Of a DNA stretch of 64,000 bases, positions 39,302 to 53,318 are shown in pieces; position 1 is the stretch's first letter; every line of letters starts with the position of its first letter. Where the stretch lies: assembly GCF_963921235.1 (NCBI RefSeq), contig NC_086108.1:84756001-84820000 (forward strand), in the 5' to 3' direction. Source of the stretch: Mobula hypostoma (lineage: Eukaryota). The notes under the pieces were generated by a model that was not told the origin of the DNA, made no database searches, and saw only the letters and a program-made list of their open reading frames with translations. The position numbers and the translations under genes were made by a program.

Positions 39302-39775
39302 CAACACACATCAAAGTTGCTGGTGAACGCAGCAGGTCAAGCAGCATCTATAGGAAGAGGCGCAATCGACGTTTCAGGCCGAGACCCTTCGTCAGGACTA
39401 ACTGAAGGAAGAGTGAGTAAGGGATTTGAAAGCTGGAGGGGGAGGGGGAGATGCAAAATGATAGGAGAAGACAGGGGGGGAGGGATAGAGCCGAGAGCTG
39501 GACAGGTGATAGACAGTTAGAGTAGTCAATGTTCATGCCATCAGGTTGGAGGCTACCCAGACGGAATATAAGGTGTTGTTCCTCCAACCTGAGTGTGGCT
39601 TCATCTTTACAGTAGAGGAGGCCGTGGATAGACATGTCAGAATGGGAATGGGATGTGGAATTAAAATGTGTGGCCACTGGGAGATCCTGCTTTCTCTGGC
39701 GGACAGAGCGTAGATGTTCAGCAAAGCGGTCTCCCAGTCTGCGTCGGGTCTCACCAATATATAAAAGAAAGTCCA
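39302..39775 (-). mobile_element. Penelope-like 3' fragment (GIY-YIG C-terminal half and pLTR, internal deletion)
   Basis: LYIGETRRRLGDRFAEH...RLEEQHLIFRLGSLQPDGMNI; 11-bp TSD TATGAAGGAAG (39291-39301, 39776-39786). Confidence 0.88.
39363..39400 (-). ncRNA. Minimal hammerhead ribozyme, intact core
   Basis: UAGUC CUGACGA AGG GUCUCGG CCU GAAA C GUC^GAUUG; one G-U pair in stem I. Confidence 0.7.
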
Positions 39776-40464
39776 TATGAAGGAAGTCCATTATCTACAC
39801 TAGGTATCTGTGTTGATTTTGTTCATTTACAGTCAATCCAAAGAATGTGCCAGTATACACTCGATGAATATCTCTGTCGATAACTATCAGGAACAAATAC
39901 ACAGTATTATAGTACTTGAGTAGTGTTGATAGTGTTCTAATGCGTTCTGTATTTCATTTAGATACATAATTTCTTACTCAGGTAAGCAGTAGTTTGCCTT
40001 TTTTATACCTTTTTAATTCTTTCCATGAAACTTCAACTAACTGGGACAATTGCTTAATTGGACCAAAATGACCTGGTCCCCATGTGTCCCATGTAACCAG
40101 AATCCACTGTATTGTGTTTAGTATCAGCATTAAAATTGTTAAGATCCTAGTGTATATATTTTTTCATAAGTACCATATGCACCAAGCATATGAGCTTAAA
40201 AAGTGATCTTCCTTTTGCAAGCAGGTTGAGGAAATATTTTGGTTATGATTATATGTAAATAGTAAAGTCAGATGGAAAATTAGTGCTTTGCTTTTGTATT
40301 GGTAAACAACATCCAAACAAGTTATGTCAAAATGTGTTTCTGTAAATTATACCATTTTCAACAAGTTTTTTTGGGGGAAGGTGGAGACCAGGAAGTGAAT
40401 GGTTCTTTAAAAGTTACGCCAGAGATAATTTTAAGCCTCCTATTCTCTCATTATAGATTAGCCT

Positions 40465-40925
40465 TCAAGTTCACGTCAGAGACTGCAAAGCAGGCCAGAA
40501 AGATCTGTCCCACTGCTGTACACTGCCGTGTCACCATCTGAGATGCGGCTGAAAACAATTGTGTCATCAGCGAATTTAGAGATGTAGTTACATCTAACCC
40601 CAGGATTCTGAGGTTGGATGCAACTGCACCTAGGCAAGGTGCAAATGCCATCTATAAATTTGCTGATAACATACAAACGTTTGTAACTGTTGACAGCAGA
40701 ATCTCAGGTGGTGACAGGGCAGCGTACAGGAGTGAGACAGAGCTGCTGGCTGAGTGGTGTCGCAAGAACAACCTTGTACTCAATGTCAGTAAGACAAAAG
40801 AATTGTTTGTGGACTTTAGGAAGGGGAAGTCAAGAAAACACACACCAGTCCTCACCGAGAGGTCAGCAGTTTCAATTTCCTGGGTCTTAATGTCTCCGAA
40901 GATCTCTTTTGGGCCCAACATATGG
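40465..40925. mobile_element. Two Rex1 RT fragments in opposite orientation
   Basis: Minus SKFADDTIVFSRISDGD and plus YKFADN...SRISGGD...LNVSKTKE. Confidence 0.7.
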
Positions 40926-42246
40926 CAGAAGGAATTCAGTTAACCAGTAATGCAATACAAACAGGTTTTTCCTGAAGGGCTTATTTAAGCCAAAAGTCTC
41001 AAGATGGTGAGATAGAGATTGAATAACTAATCGTTTTAAACTAAAAAGTAAAAGAAAAGAATTAAAACAAAATCTAATTAGAGCCAGTGAGAAACAGTTA
41101 AAAATGACAAAAGGAATGAGATACATAGTACAGGATAAAATTCCTTCTCAATGAAATTACACTCCCTCCTGAAAAATGAGCACAGATGCAGTGAATTTTT
41201 AAAATTGTAAATATGACCCAACCGTGACAATACCAAACCAATTCTTATCTACGTATGATAAACCACTGAACAGAATTATGGACTTCATATTGCCAGCCAC
41301 AAGCCATGCTCATCACTGAAATAGCAAAGACCTGCAGAGTAGCAAGATCTTGCAGGTCAAGTGGTTAGAAAGAGCAATCCTTGCCCATGAAGTTGGCTGA
41401 GAATAAACTCATGAAAGCTAACAAAGCACGTGCCTTTCCATACAAACCAATAGTTCATCACTGTATTGCCAGATCGACTCTAGGATAAGCTTTGAGTATT
41501 TCCCCAGCAAATCTGTTGGGAATTACAGCCACTATACTGCATGTCATTTATGTCCAAGCACTAAAATTCCTGATACTTAAATAGTTTACACAGCTTAGCA
41601 TGGATTACTGAAACTTCCCAAAAAATTATGGCTCTGTGATTTAATTTCTATGCTACTGATTTAAAGCATTACATTTGAATTACATTCTTCTCTAGGGATT
41701 TTCAATCAACTGAATTAACTCGAAAGGAATATATTAAGAACCACACAGATTGTGTTACAGTCAAAAGACGAGGCAGTGAAACCTCTGCCACAAGAGACAG
41801 AATGCTCATTTTACCCCCATGATTCCTTCTTTAAAGCTTCAAATAGAATAGGTAACATTATATAGTTTGGTCTTTTCAGCAGAAGATATTCAATGGCACT
41901 ATTTTAATTATGCTGGGATTTCATAAAATGAGGTAAGACAAAGTTCGAGATGCCTATGACTTGAATCAATCACACTTACCAGAATGAAACCAAAAAGCAC
42001 ACAATACTGGATAACTAGCTACTGAATAAAAATTTGATTTTGGTTATGCTTTCAATCTAGCAATTTAATTTTGTTAGATAAATCAATAAGTGCAGTAAAG
42101 TAGATTCTAGATGTCCTGAGATGAAGTTATTGGGATTGTGATTAAAAACCTTGTAACATATACTACGGTAACTCGTATCAATACATCATTTGCTACAGAA
42201 CATCTGCTCTTTGTTTTCTGATCATTACTTTGGCAAACAGAACACA

Positions 42247-42294
42247 TCTGTTTCCTTATCTGTGAAGATCTCTGTTTCCTTATCTGTGAAGATC
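42247..42294. repeat. Perfect tandem duplication, 2 x 24 bp
   Basis: TCTGTTTCCTTATCTGTGAAGATC occurs twice. Confidence 0.9.
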
Positions 42295-43192
42295 ATCTTT
42301 AAATTAAGACATTTATTTTTGGAATCATTTCATCACTAAGTGACACCAGTGAAACATCTTTGCTTGACTCTGTCGTAGTTAATAAAAGTGGCCACAGGGA
42401 CACGTTGTAATAGGTTCTAGCATATGTTGCTGTATGAGCTAGCTTTAAACCATTGCAGCACTATTGATGAGGTTACCTCGAAACACGATTTGATCTGTAA
42501 AAATTCAGTAATATGTGTGAGCGGATTTTGTGAAAACAGCTGTTACTTCTTTTACATTCTGGTTTTATCCCTTATAATGAGAACAAGCCATTAAAGAGTT
42601 AATGTACATTATGATATTAAAAGAAAAATATTGTGCTGGATGAACAGTTTGAGAATTCAGCAGAACCCAATATTTAATGGCCTTAAAACTCTCTTTGGGT
42701 TTAATGGGATGTACTTAAGTTTAGGTGCACCGAACAGAATCAGACTTTGGAATGAGATATTCAACAAATCTGTTCATTTTGTTACATAAATTATAAGAAA
42801 TGAGACGCAAATGCTAGAGCTGTCTTTTTTTAGTTCAAATTTGATTGGGTGATTGTTGTGTCAGTAAAATTTAAGTATTACTAGTTTTCAATTTTAGGAA
42901 ATTGTGGAGAAAATTATAATATATGGTAGCATGTTTCTACAAGGTAGATGGACACTAAATAAGAAATCGCGCTAAGCAGCCCACACCAAGTCACTACCGG
43001 ATAACACACTCTGGGATTACCTTTTTATTTCTAAAATGCAAATTTGTGAGTAAAATGCCAGCAGTACTATTAAGTTGCAAAGGTACCAGAGACTTAAATC
43101 TTCGGTCAATTACAACCCAAAAGACAACCATTGTGAGATAACCCAACTAGTTCATATAAGTGAATACAATAGTTTTGAATGTTAGAGTGTTA

Positions 43193-43477
<285 letters not shown>

Positions 43478-43659
43478 TTACTAAAACAGTTTGAGGAGAT
43501 AAAACAAAACCTTTTACTGCAGTGGAAACCAAATGGACATTTTCTTCATCAACAGCATGACTACTGTAATTCACAGCAACTGACACATTTCTGATGCAGT
43601 AGTGCATTTTGTTTGTTCCCATGTTTCTTCCCCCTACTTTGAAAACAGTGACAGTGGGA

Positions 43660-43756
43660 TGCACACAAAATGCTAGAGGAACTCAGCAAGTCAGGCAGCA
43701 TCTATGGAGGGGAATAAACAATTGACCATTTCAGGCCGAGACCCTTCATGAGGACT
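43660..43756 (-). mobile_element. Penelope pLTR-derived short element with mutated hammerhead core
   Basis: AGUC CUCAUGA AGGGUCUCGGCCU GAAA UGGUC; the core G is changed to C. Confidence 0.7.
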
Positions 43757-45063
43757 TTACCTGGTGCTGTTGGTGGGCTATTGAGCAACGGCATCATTAA
43801 ATTCTGTCATCAACCCTGTCTAAAAAAAAACCTATATCTACAGGGTGGATATATCCACTTTTCAAAGCCTCTACACCTTTCCTGTGATGTGGTGCCTAGA
43901 ACTGCAGACAACACTCCAAATTTGGCATAACTAAATATTTATGCAGCTGCAACATGAGTTGCTGCCTTTTACACTCTGTACCCCATATGATGAAGGCAAG
44001 CATGCCATATGTTTCTTTACCACCATATTTATTGTGCTACTTTACAACATTTCTCACTTGTCTGGCTTAGACTCCATCTGCCACTCCTCTGCGAACATTT
44101 CCAACTGGTCTATATGTTGCCGATTCCTTTTTTTTTAAAAAACCTTCTTCACTTTGTGTTGTCTGTTGACTTTCTAACCACCAAATTTGTTTGCTAGTTA
44201 TCAGTATTAGGAGAAAACTTAAAAATTATTGGGCTGGAGCTTCTGATGATTGGCGAGTTGTCCAAATTTGCCCACCTGCAGTTAATTCTATTTCTTGCCA
44301 TTATGATGAGAGTCTAATTTTAAAGTGATAGGCAATCACTTTTCTGTATGTGGGGCAGAATGTGTGTTTGGCAAGAACTACAAAGAAATGAGTTTCATTC
44401 TAAGCAGCTGAGACAGTTAGCGCCTTTACCAAGGACTGGAGAGCGAGTGACATGCGCAGCAGTCCATGCTGAGGTTCACTCTGTGCTCTTTGGGCTGTTC
44501 CCAGGGACATATGATGAGACAAACATTAGTACGTGTTGGTGAAAGCTAGATGCTCATTGGTCACTTAGGACAAGGGGATATCTGCAAGAAAATGCTGCTG
44601 ATGGGGACATTCCAAGGAGCAGCAATAAGGTGCACTGAAATTCAGTGCCACTGCTTAGGTTCCCTGAGGAGGGACTACAGTGCTGGGTCCCCCTGCCAAT
44701 TGACACTGAGGGGCTGAGCTCTGTATAACAGCATGTCAAATGAAGGAGCAGTCAGGAGTGGTGCTGATGCATTGTAGGACAATGCATTACATTGAGATGA
44801 GAATGAGAGTAAATTTTCTTGATTGAATATATGATCAGTACAGTTTTGGGGGGGGAAATATGGCACAGTCCAGCCCCAAATGGCTTTGACAACTGATGAC
44901 ATCCTGCTCTGAGCTCATCAACAATTAAAACTGTTAATCAATATCATGAGACTAATCTGTGAGAGCTCCTACTCCTTTGACACAGTGCTTGAACTATTTT
45001 ATAACTGGACATGTAAAGTAGATGAGTAGAAAAATGGCCAGGCAGCATCTCTAGGAAGAGGTA

Positions 45064-45101
45064 CAGTCGACGTTTCAGGCCGAGACCCTTCGTCAGGACT
45101 A
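45064..45101 (-). ncRNA. Minimal hammerhead ribozyme, intact core
   Basis: UAGUC CUGACGA AGG GUCUCGG CCU GAAA C GUC^GACUG. Confidence 0.75.
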
Positions 45102-46677
45102 ACTGAAGGAAGAGTTAGTAAGAGATTTGAAAGTGGGAGGGGGAGCGGGAGTTCCAAAATGATAGGAGAAGACAGGAGGGGGAGGGATGGAGCCAAGAGC
45201 TGGACAGGTGATTGGCAAAGGGGATATGAGAGGATCATGGGATAGGAGGCCCGGGGAGAAAGACAAGGAGGGGGGAACCCAGAGGATGGGCAAGGGGTAT
45301 AGTCAGAGGGACAGAGGGAGAAAAAGGAAAGTGAGAGAAAGAATGTGTGTATAAAAATAAATAATGGATGGGGTACGAGGGGGAGGTGGGGCATTAGCGG
45401 AAGTTAGAGAAGTCAATGTTCATGCCATCAGGTTGGAGGCTACCCAGATGGAATATAAGGTGTTGTTCCTCCAACCTGAGTGTGGCTTCATCTTTACAGT
45501 AGAGGACGCCGTGGATAGACATGTCAGAATGGGAATGGGATGTGGAATTAAAATGTGTGGCCACTGGCAGATCCTGCTTTCTCTGGCAGACAGAGTGTAG
45601 GTGTTCAGCAAAACGATCTCCCAGTATGCATCGGGTCTTGCCAATATATAGAAGGCCACATCGGGAGCACCGGACGCAGTATATCACCCCAGCTGACTCA
45701 CAGGTGACGTGTCGCCTCACCTGGAAGGACTGTCTGGGGCCCTGAATGGTGGTAAGGGAGGAAGTGTAAGGGCATGTGTAGCACTTGTTCTACTTAGAAG
45801 GATAAGTGCCAGGAGGGAGATCAGTGGGGAGGGATGGGGGGGACGAATGGACAAGAGAGTCGCCTAGGGAGCGAATCCTGCAGAAAGCAGAGAATGGGGG
45901 TAGGGACAGATGTGCTTAGTGGTGGGATCCCGTTGGAGTTGGTGGAAGTTACGGAGAATAATATGTTGGACCTGGAGGCTGGTGGGGTGGTAGGTGAACC
46001 CCATTCTTACTGGGGTGGCAGGAGGATGGAGTGAGAGCAGATATGCATGAAAGTCCTTCCAGGTGAGGCGACACTTCACCTGTGAGTCGGCTGGGGTGAT
46101 ATACTGCGTCCGGTGCTCCCGATGTGGCCTTCTATATATTGGCGAGACCTGACGCAGACTGGGAGATCGCTTTGCTGAACACCTACGCTCTGTCCACCAG
46201 AGGAAGCAGGATCTCCCAGTGGCCACACATTTTAATTCCACATCCCATTCCCATTCTGACATGTCTATCCACGGCCTCCTCTACTGTCAAGATGAAGCCA
46301 CACTCAGGTTGGAGGAACACCTTATATTCCGTCTGGGTAGCCTCCAACCTGATGGCATGAACATCGAATTCTCTAACTTCCGCTAATGCCCCACCTCCCC
46401 TTCGTACCCCATCTGTTATTTATTTTTATACACACATTCTTTCTCTCACTCTCCTTTTTCTCCCTCTGTCCCTCTGACTATACCCCTTGCCCATCCTCTG
46501 GGTTCCCCCCCACTGTCTTTCTCCCCAGACCTCCTGTCCCATGATCCTCTCATATCCCCTTTGCCAATCACCTGTCCAGCTCTTGGCTCTATCCCTCCCC
46601 CTCCTGTCTTCTCCTATCATTTTGTATCTCCCCCTCCCCCTCCCACTTTCTAATCTCTTACTAGCTCTTCCTTCAGT

Positions 46678-46715
46678 TAGTCCTGACGAAGGGTCTCGGC
46701 CTGAAACATCGACTG
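46678..46715 (+). ncRNA. Minimal hammerhead ribozyme variant (AUC triplet)
   Basis: UAGUC CUGACGA AGG GUCUCGG CCU GAAA C AUC^GACUG; G>A at 46708 breaks the ACGU palindrome. Confidence 0.55.
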
Positions 46716-48653
46716 TACCTCTTCCTAGAGATGTTGCCTGGCCTGCTGCGTTCACCAGCAACTTTGATGTGTGTTGCTTGAATTTCCAGCATCTGCAGAA
46801 TTCCTGTTGTTTGAGTGGAAAAATGTTAGCTGTGACAATGCCACTGGCCAGGACATCAGCATTTCAGCATCAGCTACCAATTCATGGATTTGAACTCTCC
46901 CAGAAACCCCATGGACAAGGATGCAGTTGAACAAAGAAACTAGTATCCCCAGTTGTGCATATAGCTATAAATTCAAATATGGAATCAGACATCAGAGTAA
47001 TTTAAAACAGAAGTGCAGGAAATATTCAGCAGGTCAGACAGCATCAATGGGAAAAACAAAAATTTTAAGTTTAGAGACTACATCCAAGTTTGGAAAGAGA
47101 ACTGTTTTATCCCAACATGACAGGGACAGGTGGAGCAATTATGGCTATTGCATGGGAAACAGTAAAGCTAAAGCTGTGAAAATAATAAATCAAAATCAAC
47201 AACAGGAATATGCAACAGATCACCTGGCCAATTCTGACATTTCAGTTTGCTTTTTGAAGAACTGAATGTATCTTGTGAGCGGGAAAAATGGAAAAAGCAA
47301 ATTTTTAGAGTCAGTGTTGCTAAACTGATATATGAATGCCTCATGAATACACAAAAGAATTCTTGATCGACATCACATCATAATATTGTCTGTTTGATGG
47401 TCTTTGTGTGTAGCTTTTCATTGATTCCATTGTATTTCTTTGTTTTATTGTGTATTCCAGTAAGAAACTGAATGTCAAACTATATGGTGAAATATACAGT
47501 ATATACATTGATAATAAATTTACTATGAATTTTTACATAGTTTTATCAACTTTCTAAATGAAATGTCAGAAATAGAAGCTCGATGACTCTGATCACAGAA
47601 CGATCAATTTTAACATGATCTACATCCCAGACCTGTACCATATATAAATATAAATGAGCTTATCAGCAAAGAATGGATGCAAACACTGTAAAAGAATAAA
47701 TGCAGGCTTGCAAATCAAAAGCATACTTTAGCAAATTCAGACGACAGAGAATGATCTGTTCTAAATAGGTTAATAAATTATAAACTAAAATACAATTGTG
47801 AAGTGAGCTCTACAGAAGCTTTCTCTCATAGTAGGCTGAAAAATGGAAGCACAATTTTGTAGAACCCAACTCTTTCATAATACAAAGCAGTGGACATCAA
47901 TCTGAATGGATGCAGTTCACCCTCAGCAGCCCAAGTTTACTAAATGGTATTGCGGGTCATAGTAAACCTGCAAGCATCAAACACATCTTATTAGTGAGTT
48001 ATGCAGATAGTAACTAAAATAATGAAGCTAACCTACTGTTGAGATTAAAAAAGTGAGGCTAGAAATGATGACTTTCCATTTAACATATCCATCAACAGTT
48101 ACACAGGGTGTGGTTTCAGACAGAACAATAAATGAAATAATAATTCCTTTGTTGGTTATATTGTATATCAGTTTTTAACTGTGCTAATAAGACTGAATGG
48201 ATACTGTATTTAATTGAGCTTGACTTTATTGCAGATTTGTTCATGTACAATTATCTTAAGAAAATCTGTGTGTGTCTGTCCATCAGAGGTTTAGGTCTTA
48301 ATCTAAAATCCAATCACTCTGCTTTAATGTTGTCTGTTGTGTACATTGTTAAAGATTCTGAAATGATATTGATGCTTTTATTTTGATCAGTGATATTTTC
48401 ATTTACTGGTGATTTACTTCTGGAGGTACCCAGAATGAGTAAAATTGTACATGATTGAATCAGAATCAAGCTGTAATGCTATACCAAAGGAAGGACTGGG
48501 GATTCAGACCTCTGAGTGAAGATCTACTTAGCCTACCCATTCAAATAAGGATACAGTAAAATATGATTTCCTGTCATAGCCAATCCTAATCAATATTGCA
48601 ATCAAATTCAAATGAATAGTTACAATGATTTAATGATCTGCAGATATACTTGC

Positions 48654-48777
48654 CGTCAACAGAGGTGAGAATAACTCTTGAATGATCATAGGCAATAACG
48701 TTGGCATAGCGATTTTTTGGTTTATTTACTTCCATGTTGGAATTCTCCCATGTGAACTGCTGGCCAGGATCTATTGA
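48654..48777 (-). CDS. PTPRF: PTPRF exon, start of PTP D1 ([41 protein letters not shown])
   Basis: ctgttttag| 124 nt |gcaagt (GC donor). Contains the KNRY motif; ends in phase 1, matching the next exon. Confidence 0.95.
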
Positions 48778-49469
48778 CTAAAACAGAATAGAGGAGAGGA
48801 TGACCATTTAAGAAAAGTTTACAATGGAATAACTGAATACGAGACAATATTTCTAAAGAATTCAGATGGTAGAAAACACACGATTGAATCAAAAGAGTGG
48901 AGCCTCAAGCCACATTACCCATGAACCTTTGCTTCTCTGTACTTCCAACACAATTAAAATTATGCATCAATTAAAGTGGACTTTTCAAATGTGAATGCTG
49001 CAATAGATAACAAATGCACAACTGCTAAATTGTGTTTCCAATATCCTTCAAATAAATTCGATAGGATATAAGTCCTTTTAGCCATGAAGTTGCGCATTGA
49101 GGTGTTGTTCTGCAAAGGATTTGTGCCAAATTCAAATTAGGTCATAACAAGCAGCATTTTAATGTACATCACAGTAATACTGAAGCCCTGTGCCTGCAGT
49201 CAAGATTTGCACCATTTACACACTCTACAATTTTGCTTCAATGATATTGACTGTGCATTGTACATTGATTGACGTCAATCAACTATGCTCAAAGGCCTCC
49301 ATTTGCAAATGCTTCACGTAATGCATTTTCTCTAAGGTGATCTGCAGCAAATGGTTTTCAGATGAAATTCTATCACAAAGCAGGAAAAAATATTGCACTG
49401 AACAATAGAATTTCTGTTAGTTACTTAATTGACAGTATGAAAACCAGGTAAGATTAACTACATTGTTTC

Positions 49470-50881
49470 CATTCCATTGTTTAAAAAGGGTTCTAAGAGT
49501 AAACTGAGCAATTATCGGCCTGTGAGTTTGACGTCAGTGGTGGGTAAATTGATGGAAAGTATTCTTAGAGATGGTATATATAATTATCTGGATAGACAGG
49601 GTCTGATTAGGAACAGTCAACATGGATTTGTGCATGGAAGGTCACGTTTGACAAATCATATTGAATTTTTTGATGAGGTTACTAGCAAAGTTGACGTGGG
49701 TAAAGCAGTGGATTATGTCTATGTGGACTTCAGTAAGGCCTTTGACAAGGTTCCACACGGAAGGTTAGTTAGGAAGGTTCAATTGTTAGGTATTAGTAGT
49801 GAAGTAGTAAAACGGATTCAGCAGTGGCTGGATGGGAGATGCTAGAGAGTAGTGGTGGATAACTGTGTGTCAGATTGGAGGACGGTGTGTACTGGGTCCA
49901 ATGTTGTTTGTCGTATATATTAATGATCTGGATGATGGGGTGGTAAATTGGATTAGTAAATATGCAGATGATACTAAGATAGGTGGTATTGTGGATAATG
50001 AAGTAGGTTTTCAAAGCTTGCAGAGAGATTTAGGCCAGTTAGAAGAGTGGCCTGAGAGATGGCAAATGGAGTATAAGGCTGATAAATGTGAGGTGCTACA
50101 TTTTGGTAGGACTAATCAAAATAGGGCATACATGGTAAATGGTAGGGCATTGAAGAATGCTGTAGAACAGAGGGATCTAGGAATAATGGTGCATAGTTCC
50201 CTGAAGGTGGAATCTCATGTGTATAGTGTGGTGAAGAAAGCTTCTGGTATGCTGGCCTTTATAAATCAGAGCATTGAGTATAGGAGTTGGGATGTAATGT
50301 TGAAATTGTATAAGGCATTGGTGAGGCCAAATTTGGAGTACTGTGTACATTTCTGGTCACCGAATTATAGGAAAGATGTCAATAAAATTGAGAGAGTACA
50401 GAGGAGATTTACTAAAATGTTGCCTGGGTTTCATCTCCTAAGTTACAGAGAAAGGTTGAACAAGTTAGGTCTTTATTCTTTGGAGCGTAGAAGGATCAGG
50501 GGGGACTGGATAGAGGTGTTTAAAATTATGAGGGGGATAGATAGAGTTGACGTGGATAGGCTTTTTCCATTAAGAGTGGGGGAGATTCAAACAAGAGGAC
50601 ATGAGTTCAGAGTTAAAGGGCAGAAGTTTAGGGGTAACATGATGGGGAACTTCTTTACTCAGACAGCGGTAGCTGTGTGGAACGAGCTTCCAGCAGAAGT
50701 GGTTGAGGCAGATTCAATGTTGTCGTTTAAAGTTAAATCGGATAGATATATGGACAGGAAAGGAATGGAGGGTTATGGGCTGAGTGCAGGTCGGTGGGAC
50801 TAGGTGAGAGTAAGAGTTTGGCACGGACTAGAAGAGCCGAGATGGCCTGTTTCCGTGCTGTAATTGTTATATGGTTATATG
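49470..50881 (+). mobile_element. CR1 LINE RT and 3' end
   Basis: NYRPVSLTSVVGK, DFSKAFDKVPH, SKYADDTK, VRPNLEYC; GTTATATGGTTATATG tail. Confidence 0.92.
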
Positions 50882-52075
50882 TAACTACAGAATCACTTTG
50901 TCCTAGAAGAAATACTGGTTTATTTTTTATTTAAAATATGTGCATGAAAAGTTGAAGCAGTTTTAAGTTTAAATTCCCATGTCACAAAAGAAACAGCAAT
51001 AGCTATAATTTATTTTGCTATGAAATTCATTTCCAGGTTCTGGGATAGCTTGATTCTGCTCTAATAGGAATATTTGGTTAAAGCTGCTTCTACTACTTTA
51101 TTTTTTAAGCATGAAGAATTCTCTAAAGAGACTTGGGCTTCTCAAAAATTCTGACCCTTGACCTGTGAATAAGAAAACTTTTTCAAATCAGCAGTTAACT
51201 CACTTACTCAGTTCGCTGTGTGATATGAATGGTCAACATTATTTAGTAAATGTCTGAGATTGCAGAACAGCATGGAAACTGGATTTGACAGAGCACTTCT
51301 TGCCTTTCTAATTATATGGCAGCTATGAGAAAGCTTTGATGAAAGAATACATAATGCAAAAAATAATGTTGTTGTGAAGCATGTGAGATAGGAGCATGTG
51401 ATGAGTTATTCATTAGCACAATAGTGCTTGAAAATGGTAATACGCATTCAGTGGGCAACTGTGTGGATAGGCTGCAACTATTCATCATCAAACACCTAAG
51501 TGCAATAGAGAAGAAACAATGATTGGATTCATTACAAGATATCAATATATTTTATCTACTTGCAATACAAGTTTGATTTGTGGATATATTGAAGGCGTAA
51601 CCTATTACGCTCCACTAGCTTTGTACCTTTGAAGTTTCCTTAGAATTTAGTAAGATTTACTTTTATGAATGATATTGATGCTAGATCAACAGCATGCCAA
51701 ACTGATGAGTAGAAGCAGCTTCAAAAAAAAACCTGGCAAGCCCCAGAAAAACCTTTACCAGCCAGAAAAAAAGAGGCTTCATAATAAAGAAAGATAGACA
51801 AATGCTTATGCCAAAACCTTTTGTAGGACACATGCAGATCTTAATTTAAATGACTTCAGATAATGGTTATTTCATGAGAAATAGAACTAAAACCTAGCCT
51901 AGTATAATTTATTTTCCAACAGCATAAAACCAAAAGGTTACTGAAGACTGGCCAAGCAGTTGTACAAGTAATTATTAATAAATGGGATACATTTCAAGGC
52001 AGCATAAACAGAACCTTTTTTTTAAATAAAGCTGACTGACATATACTTCCAGCCTTTCAAACTTTTAGTTTAGAT

Positions 52076-52282
52076 CAACACTCATAAAATGCTGGAAGAA
52101 CTCACATCAGGCAGCATATATTGAGGAAAATGAACGGTCAATATTTGCGATGAGACCTTTTATCAGGACTAGAAAGGAAGGGAGCAGAAGCCAAAATTTA
52201 AAAAAAGTAGGTGGGGAGGGGGGGAGTTGGAGGAGCATTTGTGCGTAGATCCTGATTTCCAGCATCTGCAGTCTCTTGTGTT
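52076..52282. mobile_element. Old Penelope pLTR-derived fragments with dead hammerhead
   Basis: AAATGCTGGAAGAACTCA...GAGACCTTTTATCAGGACTAG, followed by ATTTCCAGCATCTGCAGTCTCTTGTG. Confidence 0.6.
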
Positions 52283-53095
52283 ATAGTTGAGACTTTCTGC
52301 ATTTGTAAGTTTCCTTCCATTTCATTTGACCACTCCTATGAAAACAGTAGGGCTTTTTTTTTTATAATTTCAGACACAAATAAACCTTAACCACAAGTAA
52401 ACTGAACACTGTCGGTCATTATTCATGAGGGATGGGGCACTGACTTCCAACTGATAATAAAATTACAGAAGCACAAAGACCACTGATAATAGCAATTATG
52501 CTGCAATGCCACTAACAATCATTACATGGATGCAATTTCCATGTAAACTTCATCTTAAAAGCTTCAGATGGATCAAACAAGCTAAAGCATGTAAATTACC
52601 CAAACCTTGGCAATGGAACTCAACGTGGCTGACATTTTTGTATCCTTGCATTCCTGTGCAGGCTCCGGCCACCCATTGATTATTTCACCACTTCCTACCA
52701 ATAGGATGTGAAATGAAATTCATCTCATGGCAAATAGCATCACTGGACACAATGACGGGGGACACTGGAGGAGCATAATTTATTTACCAATACTTCCAGT
52801 AAAATATTGCTGACTCTAGACCATGCAGGTCTGTGAGAAGTATAATGAAAGTTATCTATTGATATTTATTTGCTCATCCCCATTCGTGAACCTTCTTGGC
52901 CTGTAACACTGACTGTTTATTCCCCTCTATTGATGCTGCCTGACTTGTGTATCTTGCTTGAGATTTCAAGCATCTGGAGGATCTCTTGTGCTTAGAAGAA
53001 AACTTAATTTTTAAAAAATAACCTGAACTTGTGCTTCCAACAAGAACAGCAAAAAAAGTGAATTTGCTTCAAAGCTCAGGGTTCATTACACGGTA

Positions 53096-53318
53096 GGAAA
53101 AGGAAAGGTACATTGCAGCTGGAGTTTCTCTAGTTAGCAGATGGTTTCCCTCCACGCCTCTCTGACGTAGTGGGGAACCGCGTATGAGGCAAGTTACAGA
53201 AGTGGTTTGCCATTGCCTTCTGCCAGGTGAGAAGCGTGCAGGGGAGCTGGCTGGATTCGAACTCCGGACCTTTCGTCTCGAAGTCCGGCACTGATGCCAC
53301 TACACCACCAGCTGGGTT
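53096..53318 (-). mobile_element. tRNA-derived SINE with RTE-like segment and (CCTTT)n tail
   Basis: Minus strand TGGTGTAGTGG (A box), GTTCGAATCC (B box), GAAGGCAATGGCAAACCACT; 11-bp TSD ATTACACGGTA (53085-53095, 53319-53329). Confidence 0.85.

Larger units (their letters stand above)
38797..40109 (+). mobile_element. Degenerate Tigger-like non-autonomous element, same family as 1663-2185, hosting a Penelope insertion
   Basis: Right end ...AACCAGAATCCACTG-TA; 39790-40109 is homologous to 1874-2185. Left end approximate. Confidence 0.6.
45037..46811. mobile_element. Penelope-like element with inverted arms (GIY-YIG and pLTR on both strands)
   Basis: GVIYCVRCSRCGLLYIG...FAEH in both orientations; arms ~45037-45731 and ~46052-46743; TSD TGAGT(A/G)GAAAAATG (45023-45036, 46812-46825). 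Confidence 0.9.

Noticed and set aside
38782..39405. 207-aa + strand ORF
   Set aside because: It is a chance read-through of a decayed Tigger-like element into the antisense of a Penelope pLTR, with no recognisable domain.
48645..48650. Canonical GT donor 4 nt into the intron
   Set aside because: Using it would frameshift the downstream PTP exons, so the GC donor is preferred.
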